This document shows, in pieces, positions 35,701 to 47,124 of a stretch of DNA of 64,000 nucleotides. The translations under genes were made by a program, and so were the position numbers. The notes below the pieces were generated by a model. The model searched no databases. It saw only the letters and a program-made list of their open reading frames with translations, and was not told the DNA's origin. Each line of letters opens with the position of its first letter. Position 1 is the first letter of the stretch. Location of the stretch: contig OZ076413.1 in the NCBI GenBank assembly GCA_964187785.1, positions 50,780,001 to 50,844,000 on the forward strand, written 5' to 3'. The stretch is from Amphiscolops sp. MND2022 (taxonomy: Eukaryota).

Positions 35701-38700
35701 GAATGAAGTAGTAACCTACGGCTAGATGACATGGGCTTCTGATTTTTGCCACCACTCTGAGTAGTTGTACTGGCGAGCAGGTGTAGATGGCAGAGAAGGG
35801 CTAGAAGGGAGAAGAGACAGGAGCCCAGTTCTGCCCTGCCCACCACACTAGCCACACTCTCACAATGCACGGGGTGACACGCAAACAACAGGGCGCACAG
35901 CTGTGCCAATTGCCTCTCTGTGAATATAGGAAACGAACTTGACATTCGATAGCACCTAGTCGGCTTGGTACACTTTAAAACGCATAAAGTGACGGATACA
36001 CAGGGTCAGTCAATTGTGACTATTATCGGAAAAAAAGGCTTTCATTATGCAAAAAAAACTTTTGGAGAATTACTTCAGCACACCAGTGAGAGACCTGTTT
36101 TTTTGATTGATTACTAGCCAAAAGCTCCAGGAATTTCATCTCAGAAAATAACTTAACTGGAATCTTTTGATTGAATCAAATAAACGTTAAACCTTTCAAA
36201 GAGCTGATTGCTTTAGGTATTATTACTTGAGATGCTTTTCCGGTTTGTTTAAAACCTCCACTGCCTTTTGAACAAAGATTTTTAATGAACTACAACCAAC
36301 CTCTAAAAACAAAACACAAGACTCGATACAACACTGTGTTCACTATCAAATATAGAACAAGGTTGCCGACGTGAAATGGAGTTGGGTCAATCTTTGACGA
36401 GTCTGTGGAAAAAAGCTGGTGGGTCAGCCGGAAAGACAGTACACACAGAGGTCGATAAGACTTGTGACTGCCACTGTGGGCAAGTTCCAAACCCCAAAAG
36501 TCGTTCTTGAACAAATTCCACAGTTCACTTTTGCCTAATACGTCATCGTTTTCCAGAATGGCTCTCCTGAAACAACTTTTAAGTATATCCAAATTAACTA
36601 GATTGCTTAATCGTGTATCAATGTAAAAGAATTTTCTTATATTTCCATCTCAGCATTCCGTGTTGAAACTTCAGTGTATTTAGTCCGAGCTTTTTTTTTG
36701 AAAAGAGTCATCATTAGTCATAGCTTTTCGTCATTTTTTCCGGTACACCTGAACTAGTCAAAATAGTTCTACAAAATTTCTTCAATTTTGGCCATCTAGA
36801 TACATTTAAACTTTGAATAGTGCTATCGAACTTAACACATACAGGATATAACGTATGCCGGATATAACCCTTTTGGGATAATTTTTCAGTTTTATTGACG
36901 TTATATACCAAGTAACTTGCGTTTCATTGAAGACGTGGGGGTTCGAAATTATTGCGCTATATTCGAATCTTTGACGTTCTATCCGAAGTAAAATCCGTTC
37001 TACTAAAGAATGGTGTCCGAAAAACGCGGTCGAAAGTGATGTGCTTTAACAGAAATTTCTTCAAGACCAGCGAACTGACAGATTTCTGCGAGCATTTCGA
37101 GTAACACTAAATTATTTTTTTTGTGAAAGTAGAGGGAAGACCAAATTGTCCCTTTGGGATTTTTCGGCACTATGCGACTATTTTTACCGCAGCTTTTTCA
37201 AGGTGCCCTTTTTTGATTTTTAGCAGAAACAAAGCGTTTTGCGTAGAGTTGTTACGGTGTTTTAAACTGTTTTAAACACGAGGAAAAAAACAGTGTTTAA
37301 AACAAATTTAAAAAAACATTGTTTTTTTTCATTGTTTTTTTCAAGAGGTGCTTATGTCACTACGGTTTACATTTGCATCAACTATGACAATTTGTTGTTT
37401 TCAGATTTTGATATGCCTCGAATTAAGGATCCAATCTGGAAAAAGTTCAATGAGATACAACTTGCAAATGGCAGTACCCGAGGCGAGTGTCCTATTTGCA
37501 AAGTCACTGTGGTTGGCCTAGTGTCAAGGTTGAAAGCTCATTACGAGGCATGCTCGCGCAAAAGATCAAACAACGAAGAAATTGAGGTACTGGAGCCGAA
37601 TACCCCGAAACAAGCAAAGTTGCCGTTTCTGTCAGGAGGTGCCAAGGAACATGACATTGAGCTTCAACTCACAAGGTACCTGTAAATAGGTGTTCCATTG
37701 CTTTTTGTATTTTAATTTTTGCATAAATTGACAATGATAATACGATAATAATAATTATAATTTGTTTTCTGTAGATTCATCGCTGCAAGTGGCAATGCTT
37801 TCCGACTAGTTGACAATAAGCAGTTTTGTTCTTTTGTGCAACTACTGCGCCCTGGCACCGCTCTGCCCACACGACAAAAAATTGCTGGACCTTTACTTGA
37901 TGAAGTTTACGACATTGAAAAACAAAAGGTTAGAAAAAATTTATGCACAAAAGTTTTTGTCAAATAATTTGATATATTTATATTTTGCAAATATAAAAAT
38001 ACAATATTTCTATTGTTACAGGTCACGACGCTAATTCAAGGCAGCAACGCAACGCTGATGATCGACGGTTGGTCTAACTTGAAAAACGAACCCGTTATTG
38101 GAGTAGCGTTCATGGCCAAAGGAAAGTGTTATCTGGCGAATACAATTGATACACTTGGTACTCAACATACCAGTGAAAATTTGGTACAAATCGTGAAAGA
38201 ACAAATTGAGCACTGCGAATCCACTTACAAAGTTAACATCACCTCGCTGGTTTGCGACAATGCCGCAAACATGGTCTCTATGAGAAAACAATTGGCCGAC
38301 GATATTGGTCTCCATGTCTTTGGATGCAACGCGCATTATGCAAATCTTTTGGCAAAGGATATATGTAACTCGTCAGGCGGTAAAAGCGTGCTCGCAAAAA
38401 TTACTGATATCATCAAATACCTTCGCAACACGCACAGTGCCATGTCTATGTTAAGAAATAAAAACATGAATCGACCAAAAATGCCTGTTGAGACAAGATG
38501 GAATTCCCAATGCGAAATAGTTGATTATTTCTTGGCAAATTGGATGAACATTGTTTGCATTATCAGTGAATTGTTGCCAAAAAACGACAAGTTGTTTCGA
38601 TACATGGAGGACATTCAGCTAAAGAGAGGTGCTATGGATTTACAGGAAGCCCTAAAACCAATTGCGCGTGCTCTAGATGTCCTTCAGGCCGATAAAACTA

Positions 38701-41700
38701 CCATTGCAGAGGCCGTTGATGTGTGGAAAACTTTGCTGCAAAAATGTCCAGGAGCGTTTAAAGAACATGTGGTAAAGCGTATGAATGACGCACTGTCACC
38801 GCCTGTCTTGGCAGCTTACCTTTTGGACCACAGATTTCAAGGAAAAGTTTTAACACCAACTGAAACTCAAGAGGCTTTGGATTATATAAAATTGATGAAT
38901 GCCGATGCAATGCCCCATGTTATGCAGTTTCTTGCTCAGGAGCCCCCATTTTCGAAACATTTGTTTGATTCTGAATTAGCAAAAGCCGCGCCAGTTTCGT
39001 GGTGGAAAACTGGAGTTCGACTAGGGTTTCCGGAATCTATTGTCAATCTTGCAGTTGCAATTGTGGGTGGAGCCAGTAGTTCTGGAGGGTTGGAACGTCA
39101 TTTTCCATCTCTGGGATTCTCTTATGGTACACTGCGGGCTCAATTAGGAATCGAGAAAGCTGGGAAATTAGCATTTCTATACCGAGAGCTCAACCAGTGA
39201 CAAATGGCGTGTACAATTGAAACTTATTGACATTTATTGCTCTGATACATTCCTTTAAGATGATTGACTGATTTGATACATTCCTTTAAAATGATTTTTG
39301 TTGTAGTTATTTATACTTTAAGGTAAGAAAAGTGTTTTTCACGCGCTTGTTTTTTACCAATTAGCCGCCTAAAATGAAAAAAACAATAAAAAACAAAAAA
39401 ACAGTATAATTCGTAAAAAAACATGTTTTAAACGTTTTTTTGAAAAAAACTGTTTTTTATAACAACTCTGGTTTTGCGAGCATAGAGAGCCATCTTAGGT
39501 TATTAATTCACAATGTGACTAACCGACTATTTTAAAATTTGTGGGAAAATTTCATTTTTTGGCATTTTTGAGGTTTTGTCATAAAAAGTTTTTCCGAGTC
39601 CTAAGGGTGACCTCATTCATTATTTTGTTGGTCCTGTCGAACTGATGAGTTTTCGTAATTGTGGAAAAGACCTACAGTTTTTGGGCACTTTTTCGAAAAA
39701 AAATTGTTCGGTCAGCATACCCCCTTCACTTTCATGAATGTTGTCGGCTTGGAAAACGTTTTGGGAACTGGAGTGGTCTTCAGGGTTTTTTGGAACTGAG
39801 TTTTTCATAAAAATGTCAAATGAAATTTTTTAAATAATTGCTTCTTGAATGTTTCGAGTTACGGAAAACACGATTTTCGAATCTTATAGGTATCCCTTGG
39901 ATACAATGAGGAAACTGCGTATTACTACGTACTCAACTGCAGCATCTATAATAACTTAAGAAAACTGAGGCCCTCTTCCCGAAGCTCTTCAGTCTCCACA
40001 GCTGGGACAATAAAGTGGAAGGTTCAGCACGCATGAGTAACTGACATACAGGGACCTAGAACGGATTACCACTTTCTGTATTCGCTTGCAATAGGGAAAA
40101 AATTTTAGCCTATAAATAAAATAGAAAAAAAACTCAAAAAGTTTTCAGTTGAAATTAAATATCACCTATCTGGTTATTTTTCGGTACTGAGACTGATCAG
40201 TTTTATAATTTTCCTTGATATTTGAAAGATGTTCTTTTTGAGCGAGGTTCGACTTGGCTTTTCCTTACATGTTAATTGATATTTTTAAGGAAACGAAATA
40301 TTTGTCTCGGGAATTTTTCATCTACTTCGCAAAATTTTGTCAATATGTACTAGAATAGTTGGAAAGTAACTTCCACTAGGCCTAGAGATTAAAGCGAGTT
40401 TATTTGCTTGGTAGGTGTTTCTCTCCGGGTACGGTCATCACAACGCTTTTTTGATGTTTTCTATTAAGGAAAAATCGTTTTCCGAGTCTTAACAGTGGTC
40501 TCCTTGGATCCTCCTCATCATAATCTTCTCCGACTGATGAAAGTTTTATCACGCGGCTAATACAGTGGCAAGTTAGTTTTTTTGTCAGATAGCAATGTAT
40601 GTGTAGTGGACACTTTTTACAGAACTACTAAACTACTGGACCAGCAAGCGGAAACGGATCTGTTAGTGCAAAGGGTCGCAACTTTCATTTATTCCATTTT
40701 TAACATAAGATACAAAACCGGACGGGACAAAACCCTTTCGATTTTTTGGCAGCTTTCAGAAAATGTCTCCAATGGGCCCCCTTTTCAATTTTTTGATATT
40801 TTGCAACAAATGGGATGTTGAAAAAGCACAAAGGGTCCCCTTTTATTTTTCGGCATTGTGAGACTTTTCAAAATGATCATTTTTTGTCTTGAAAATGCGT
40901 TTCACTAAGGAGGAAGCGTAGGTTAGAAAATATTGCGCTATATCCGATTTTTTTTCAAAACTATTAAGGAGGAGACCGAAGAAAAAGCGCTCCCATTTAA
41001 TCCAGCACGCCATATCCGAACTTTTCAAGCATTTTCTGAGCACGAAAGCCACCCTTTGGGTGTTTTGACACTTCTTTGAGTTTTTCATTAAAAAAAAATC
41101 TGAGCACATTTTTTGAACTTTGCGCATTTTGAGCCCTAAGTATAGCGCCGACTTCAGACATTCCCGTCTTGTATTTTGTTTTGCTAAATATTCGATGCAT
41201 CGGTATTTTCTAGATGTTCCACTGTTAAAAAACGCGTTTTTTGAGCCCAAAGGTTGACACTTTTGGGCGATTTCGATAGTGCATTTTTTTGAACAAAGTT
41301 TTCGGTAATGACATTCGGATTTCTGTGATATTATCAGTTAAGAAAATCTTTTTACCCTGAAAATCCCCCTAAAAATCTGTAGTAACTGCAGTGGCACTAC
41401 GGCTCTTATTTTTCCAGCTCACCATGAAGCGTCCACTTTTAGAAATTTCGTTTGTAGATCCTCAAAGGGTGCCTTATTTTTTGAGAGTATTTTTCGGCAC
41501 TGTGAGGTTGATCACAAGTTTCCCGAAGACTGGTCTCGTGTTCATCTGAAAAACACAGCTGTTTTTGAGCCCTGTGCGGGGAGCCGACTTGTTCCCTTTG
41601 GTTATATTCAGAAGATACGATGACTTTATTTCTCTGAATAAGCCTGAAATTACGTGATTGGATTGGTGCAAAAGTGTAAAAATTGTTCAAATCAGCAATT

Positions 41701-43707
41701 CTATTTGAATTATGAAAAGATTTTCGGAATGTGAAACTATGTAGCAATATCTTTGTGTAGGTCTTATTGTCTTCCGAAAGAGAGAAGCGTCTTGACTTCG
41801 AACAATCATGGATTGCTTAGGATTCAACATTTTCTCGAGTCAGTTTATCACGCATTGCATTCCAATTTCTAGGGCTCCTATTGTATCGTGTGCTGTTATG
41901 TCAAACCATGGCATCGATCGGCGCTTGTGACATTCAGTCAACGCAGGTCGATGGAGTTTAAATTTGCAAGCAGCTGTTCGGCTCCGAGAGAACCAGTTTG
42001 GCACGTAAAACAGGCGTTTTGTGGATCATTTACTCATGCCTACATTTTCTTCAGTTGAGAACCAGAGGAGTAAAGTTGAAAATGAGTCCGGTTGAAAACC
42101 TACATCCATTGTTGCAAGACATCAAAAAATTGAACGGTTAAAAAAAATTGAAAAAAATTACGAAAAAGTCTCACAATGCCGAAAAAACTAAAGCTTGAAG
42201 GGGGACCCTTTGGGGAATTTTTTTTCGAAAAAAAATCTCACAGTGCCGAAAAAAAACTGAAAGGGGGGACTCTTTAGTCTGTCCCGGTATGGTATGTTAC
42301 GCGGAAAGAGGAAAAACCTTTTTGATTCAGTTCGCTAGGCCAAATGTATCAATTTGGGACCATAAAATTTTGTAGAACTTGAACTATTTTGGTCAGTTCG
42401 TGTGGATTGAAAAAAAAAGAGTCACTATATAAGTCGCGTTTCACTTCATGAAGCACCGACTAAAAATAGAAGGCCCTTTGTGAAATGAAAACAATTTCAA
42501 AAAAATCGCACGGTATAGAAACTCCAAACGAGAACACTTATGCAACAATCTAGCATTTAAACCCCAATTGACCTGTGCGTTTTTTAAAATTTTCAAAAAA
42601 TTTGACAAATAATTTTCAATCATCAATATCTCCAAAATTACGCGTACCAGAGGAACGAACTATAGCGCGTTTGAAAGGTCTGATATTGGGCTTTCATTTT
42701 GATCAGATGAGCCCCTGTCGCCGCGCGCCCCTTCCTTCAGAATTTTTATCTCTTTCTCCAGTACCACCGCTTCCCGGCAGTTCCGCACTTCCAGAGCTTG
42801 TAGTAACAACAGGGGTTTTTGCAGTAATTATAGGGGTTTGTTGCACCAGAATTTGTTGTGGAAGGGTATGTGGTTGGTTTTTCCTATTGATCAAAGACTT
42901 TTGCGAAAACTGGGTTTCGTCAAAAACTGAATTTTGGAAAAATATAGCTAGTTTTTGTGCCAAAAAAAACATTTTTCTCAGCTTTGGAGACGTATTCCCT
43001 TTTTCTAATGCTTTAGGCATTCAAATCAATCTAGGTACCAATTACTTGTTGAAAAAAAACTGCTAGAGAAAATGAGCTACTGGTAAAAGTAATCAGAATT
43101 TAGAAAAAAAGGTAGGCTGCTCTAAAGCACCACTAGGTTCATTAGGGTTAATATGGTTTTATATTCTTTCTAGACTTGCTCAACGACGATATCAGGCCAC
43201 TAACGAAGTTGAACAAAGAAAGTGGTCACTTCGATGTGAGTCGATCTAGTCAGTCACAGTTCGCTCCTTTTCATTCTAGTTTATTAAGTTTTAACACTAT
43301 CATTGTCTAAATTTCACTCTTATGTTTATCTATAGTAATTTAGGTTTGATGAAACCATTGGAAGAGCTTTGTTTTTTTGTATGTTTTTGGTACTTCCGTA
43401 GGCTAATATTGATATCACGCAATTTATTCAATTGCTGTTTTTTCATGATGTTCGTACATTTCATTAGAAGGAGGCAAAAAGCGCAGAAAACACGAGTCGT
43501 CTCGGAATTGGTTATTTGGCTAGACTAGCACAGTTATGTTTAGTGAGGTTACTGATAGAAGCAATGGCACAAAACTTACGTGTCATCAAACACAAAATCG
43601 GCATCAAGAGTGTTGAAGTTCAACAGGAATCCGAGTGGAATAAGAATGAAAAGCAGGAAGCGCTTGTCAGGGATACTGAGCCAGTGAAAAGGTTTGCTTT
43701 TCAACAT
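26534..43707 (-). CDS. TMTC2: Protein O-mannosyltransferase TMTC (TM domain + DUF1736 + TPR repeats), most like TMTC2
   Basis: Exons 43707-43580, 36566-36301, 35917-35716, 33538-33374, (33281-33271), 32375 or 32326-32190, 31730-31134, 30797-30683, 30444-30359, 28885-28616, 28262-28056, 27792-27651, 26756-26534. Total 2598 or 2538 nt, in frame. Motifs: DFVFDD, NDFWG..SHKSYRPL, HPVHCESV..VGRAEL, WKEQGIT, SDNP..SLLVRTLTFLYLP..LSFDWSMD, FVVAERVL, then TPRs. Paralog assignment is from recalled motif similarity. Confidence 0.9.
27651..27792 (-). CDS. TMTC2: TMTC exon 11 (TPR)
   Basis: AVEHYKEVIRL...VINLGHAYR; canonical splice sites. Confidence 0.88.
28056..28262 (-). CDS. TMTC2: TMTC exon 10 (TPR)
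   Basis: GRALGRLGKLEEARKVF...; canonical splice sites. Confidence 0.88.
28616..28885 (-). CDS. TMTC2: TMTC exon 9 (TPR)
   Basis: VAYSNMGDSL...GEGIKDQK...; canonical splice sites. Confidence 0.88.
29196..29795 (-). mobile_element. HINE/DINE-1-like element, family A (intronic)
   Basis: AACAAGACGGGAACGTCT hairpin + AGTCGGCGC at the left end; GCGCCGACTAAAAA at the right end. Confidence 0.8.
29791..30319 (-). mobile_element. HINE-like element, family B
   Basis: Homologous to 18196-18653, with the same termini. Confidence 0.7.
30359..30444 (-). CDS. TMTC2: TMTC exon 8 (TPR)
   Basis: LGVMYQEMGQHEKAILSYQNAIDCRP; canonical splice sites. Confidence 0.88.
30683..30797 (-). CDS. TMTC2: TMTC exon 7 (TPR)
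   Basis: AYANLANVHF...ALSHRPNMGDTHYNL; canonical splice sites. Confidence 0.88.
31134..31730 (-). CDS. TMTC2: TMTC exon 6 (DUF1736 region)
   Basis: RTLTFLYLP..LSFDWSMDSIPL..PFLPSTNLFFYVGFVVAERVL..RNADW. Confidence 0.93.
32190..32375 (-). CDS. TMTC2: TMTC exon 5 (acceptor 32375 or 32326; non-canonical donor)
   Basis: YWRLHLQLVAPVFSKSDNPIA. Confidence 0.8.
32569..33180 (+). mobile_element. HINE/DINE-1-like element, family A (intronic)
   Basis: TTTTTAGTCGGCGC...GCCCGACT; 3' GCGCCGACT + AGACG-TTCC-CGTCT + TGTT. Confidence 0.8.
33374..33538 (-). CDS. TMTC2: TMTC exon 4
   Basis: LLWKEQGITVL; AG|gtgag donor. Confidence 0.88.
35716..35917 (-). CDS. TMTC2: TMTC exon 3
   Basis: LFACHPVHCESVASVVGRAEL. 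Confidence 0.88.
36301..36566 (-). CDS. TMTC2: TMTC exon 2
   Basis: tttcag|G AGA GCC; NDFWG, SHKSYRPL. Confidence 0.9.
37244..39470 (+). mobile_element. hAT DNA transposon, apparently complete, in TMTC intron 1
   Basis: TIRs TAGAGTTGTTA / TAACAACTCTG; 8-bp TSD GTTTTGCG (37236-37243, 39471-39478). Confidence 0.95.
37413..39200 (+). CDS. hAT transposase (BED zinc finger + DDE), 3 exons, 531 aa
   Basis: Exons 37413-37675, 37775-37928, 38022-39200 joined by GT-AG introns, 1596 nt with no stop. Motifs: W..F..CPIC..H...C, IDGW, DNAANM, CNAH, TRWNS, LERHF. Confidence 0.9.
40555..41172 (+). mobile_element. HINE-like family A copy (further fragments at ~41400-41593, 42080-42466 on -, 44120-44333 + 46379-46520, 44646-44835 on -)
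   Basis: Shared core and 3' end TAGCGCCGACTTCAGACATTCCCGTCTTGT. Confidence 0.65.
43580..43707 (-). CDS. TMTC2: TMTC exon 1 (start uncertain)
   Basis: MLKSK...NTLDADFVFDD-AC|gtaagt. Confidence 0.8.
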
Positions 43708-44335
43708 TAGTATCTGAAGTAAACTCTCATCTTGAACCACAAAAAGTAAAAACGACCGAAATCGCCATCTTGTAACAGAAGAATGCAAATGGAGAACTTT
43801 CAAGTGAAACACTCGTGTCCACTTATTGATTGCGCTTACAAACTGTGATTTTTTTGAACTTCAATATAACGGAAATGAAGATCATAGAGACAGTAACCAT
43901 GGCCAGTTCGCAGTGATGAAACATTCGAAGACGTTGATTCGTCATCGCGTGTCAACACTGATGGATATATAGAAGGAAAAATCTGTGAATGCTAATACGT
44001 TTTTCCTAATCCCAATTTTGCAGAAGCCAATTTTACGAAACCATACAAAAACTGAACTTTTTGAATAAGTTTCGTTTTTGAATTAGTATTTTAAGAAATT
44101 AAATAAGCTTTATGAAATCAAACGCGACTATTATGGTGACTTTTCGTCGTGTTTTTTTTTCAACCCAGCCGAAGAAGCCATACAAAATGTCAAACTGACT
44201 AAAAGAGTGTACCCATTGGTATTTTGACATACTTGTTTGGATCGAAAAGAAATCTGATTGTTATTTTGGAACTGTGCTAGTTTTATCGGAGAATATTCAA
44301 TTTTCTCGAGGGTCTCGAATGTTTTTTGAAACATA

Positions 44336-46376
44336 TCTATACCATTTCCAATTCTATTTCATTAAACCGAATATTCAATTTCATTTTGGTGCAAAACAAT
44401 TTCATATGGTTGAAATCCAATTTCATTCATGTGAGAATTTTTTTCATTCTAATGAAAAACATTTTCATATCAACGAACTTCCGTTTCATTTGAGTGAACA
44501 ATAATTTCAATTTCATGCAACACGTTTTCATTGAAACGAATTTCATTTTCAATCACAGTTTCAAATTTTAACTTTAGCTTAAATTCTCCCTCAGTGAATC
44601 GGAAAATGCCAAATTTCTTATCACGAAAGTGTACTTGCAATTGTAACAAGCCGGGACCGGCCCAAGTCGGCGCCATATCTAAGGCTAAAAATAGCAAAAG
44701 GACAAAAAAGTGTCAAATGTTCCTTTTTAGTACCTGAAAAACCCAAGTTCGACAGATTCGGATTTTTTAACATCCATTCAGTTGCAAAATATCAAAAAAT
44801 TGAAGCGGGACACTTTGAAGATATTAAAAATATCTGTAATTATTCGACGAGTTGATTTTCGACTAGTTTTCTGCCCTTTGAGTTTGACTATTTGTTTTGA
44901 CGAAAAACCATGTTTAGTTTTGGCAACTTCCGAACCAGTGCTACCATTATTCGTTCAATTTTAAAAATGCCAAGAGGAATTTACGAGAGAACATCAATTA
45001 AACGAGGCAAGTATTCCCGGTATTCTCAGACCGATAAAGATGCCATTATCAAGGCTTTCAACGACGAAAAAGACTGGAAAAGCGTAGCAGAAGCAATGTC
45101 AATTGAAGAGGCAACTGCTATCACTTGGATTAGAAATGGGGGAATAACTAAACCAAAAGGTGGTGCAATCGTTGTGAAAAAAGAAGAGCGAATTGTTCGT
45201 GATTTGGTTGAATGGCTCGAAAACGACCCACAATTGACACTAAAGCAATTGCAAGAGAGAATCGCGGAAGATTAATTTCTGAATATCTGTGTAAACACTG
45301 TCAAAAATTGGCTAGATGGAGAACTTATTTCTCTCAAAAATGTGCGATGTCATCCAGGAACAATGAATGGAAACAACAATAAGCGCTTGCGATCGATTTA
45401 TGTAGAAAATAAAATGAGAGATCGGGCAAATGGAAGGAATCTGGTCTGGGTAGATGAAACTAACTTCAACTTATATTGCCGTCGAAAGGAAGGCAGATCG
45501 AAGATTGGATGTAGAGCAACCGTGATACAAACAGCGTCGAAAGGTGCCAATTTGCATTGTATTGGTGCTATGACATCATCAAGATTGGTGAAATTTGATT
45601 CCAGAAGAGGTTCGTTCACTTCTGAAAGTTGCAAAGCATGGATGAGGGAGTTGATTAACACATGCACAGAAGAGGGTATCGAGAAGCCAACAATCATCAT
45701 TGATAATGCCCCAGCTCACTCGAATGTGGAAACCATTCTTGGTCCAAACGAAGATGTAAAGATAACACGTCTCGCACCTTATTCGTATCTTATCAATCCA
45801 ATCGAGCTACTTTGGAGTAGCTTCAAGGCTTCAGTGAAAATGATATTACGTGATCAGATGCCCAGCATTATTCAATTCAATCGTACCAACGCTAATATGA
45901 CAATTGGTGAATATCGTATGCAGAAATTAGAAGCAGCTGCAAAAGAAGCTATTCAACAAAGTCTGCCGTGTCATTTTGCATCATATGCTGCTCATGTTGA
46001 ACGATATTATCCTGGTGTCGTGCGTGAAGAAAACCTTAAAGAAGAATAATTAAATGGTTTCAAGTTATAATTGTTGCTCTGTTATTGCTTACGTGTTCAT
46101 TGTTTCGTCCGAGGATATGAAGTAATTTATCTGTGCTGAATGTTTTAAACCAGTTAGCGAATGAAAACGAATTCAGAACAATGAAATCGATTTGCATTCA
46201 TATGAAAACGTTTTGCGTAACAATGAAATTGTTTTGCATTCATATGAAAATGTTTTGCGTAACAATGAAATCGATTTGCATTCATATGAAAATGTTTTGA
46301 GTTAATATGAAATCGATTTGCATTCATATGAAAATGTTTTTTCATTAAAATGAAATTGGTCTGGAAATGGTATAGA
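44336..46376 (+). mobile_element. IS630/Tc1/mariner-superfamily DNA transposon
   Basis: TA-TCTATACCATTTCCA ... TGGAAATGGTATAGA-TA; subterminal ~19-bp TTTCAT-type repeats at both ends. Confidence 0.92.
44967..46049 (+). pseudogene. DDE transposase with a single in-frame TAA (45273-45275)
   Basis: HTH N-terminus, WVDETNF, IIDNAPAH, YSYLINPIELLWS; the two ORF pieces share one frame. Confidence 0.9.
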
Positions 46377-47124
46377 TAGAAAAACCCTTTTCCAAGCCGC
46401 AAGAGAACCCTCTTTGGTTTTTTGGCACTGCGGGATTGAGAATTTTTCGAAAAATCTTACTGTGAAGAACCTTTGCTCTTTTTGAACTCTGAGCGGAACT
46501 TATGCCGTTCCAGGCTTGTTAGTTGAATAAGGAAGAATATTAGCAAGTGATAATGGCTTTTCGCGCAAATTTTTAAGGTAGACAAAAAGCATGCCCAATA
46601 TTTTCCCATGTCACTAATAGTTGTCAATTATCGATATTATTTGATCGAATGTTAGTGACGTGAACACGACTGAGATGACGCTACATGGTATTATCAGGGC
46701 CTGGCAATTAAAAATTGGAAAATAATTGGGGATAAAAAATGTTTCAATTAATAATTGATGAAAATACTTGCCAATCAATAATTGATACCAATAATTGCAA
46801 TAATTGAGTCACATGAAACAGTAAGAAATGAAAACAAAAATCAATCGAAAAAAAAACAATTACGAAACGATATCAATCAGAAAGAACAGAATTGACCGTT
46901 TTAACGGTCCAGTACTTTTTGTTCGCCCGAAGGAACAGCTGTTGTTCCAAATGTTCAGGGGTTATATTCTGTCTCAAATCATTCAGAGCATAGCCTGCAG
47001 CACTAAAAAACCTCTCCAAAATATTGGATGTCGGGAACAAGAAGCGACAGTCAAGATATTTCGATTCATCCCCCTTTTTCTGCCTCTTTTGCAGAATTTC
47101 TTCAGCGAAATCACTCTCTACTAT

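Noticed and set aside
42575..43066. Overlapping 163-aa (+) and 105-aa (-) ORFs in TMTC intron 1
   Set aside because: No recognisable motif and no splice context linking them to a gene.
46154..46402. Repetitive ORF (FHMNANRFH...)
   Set aside because: Translation of the transposon's subterminal repeats.
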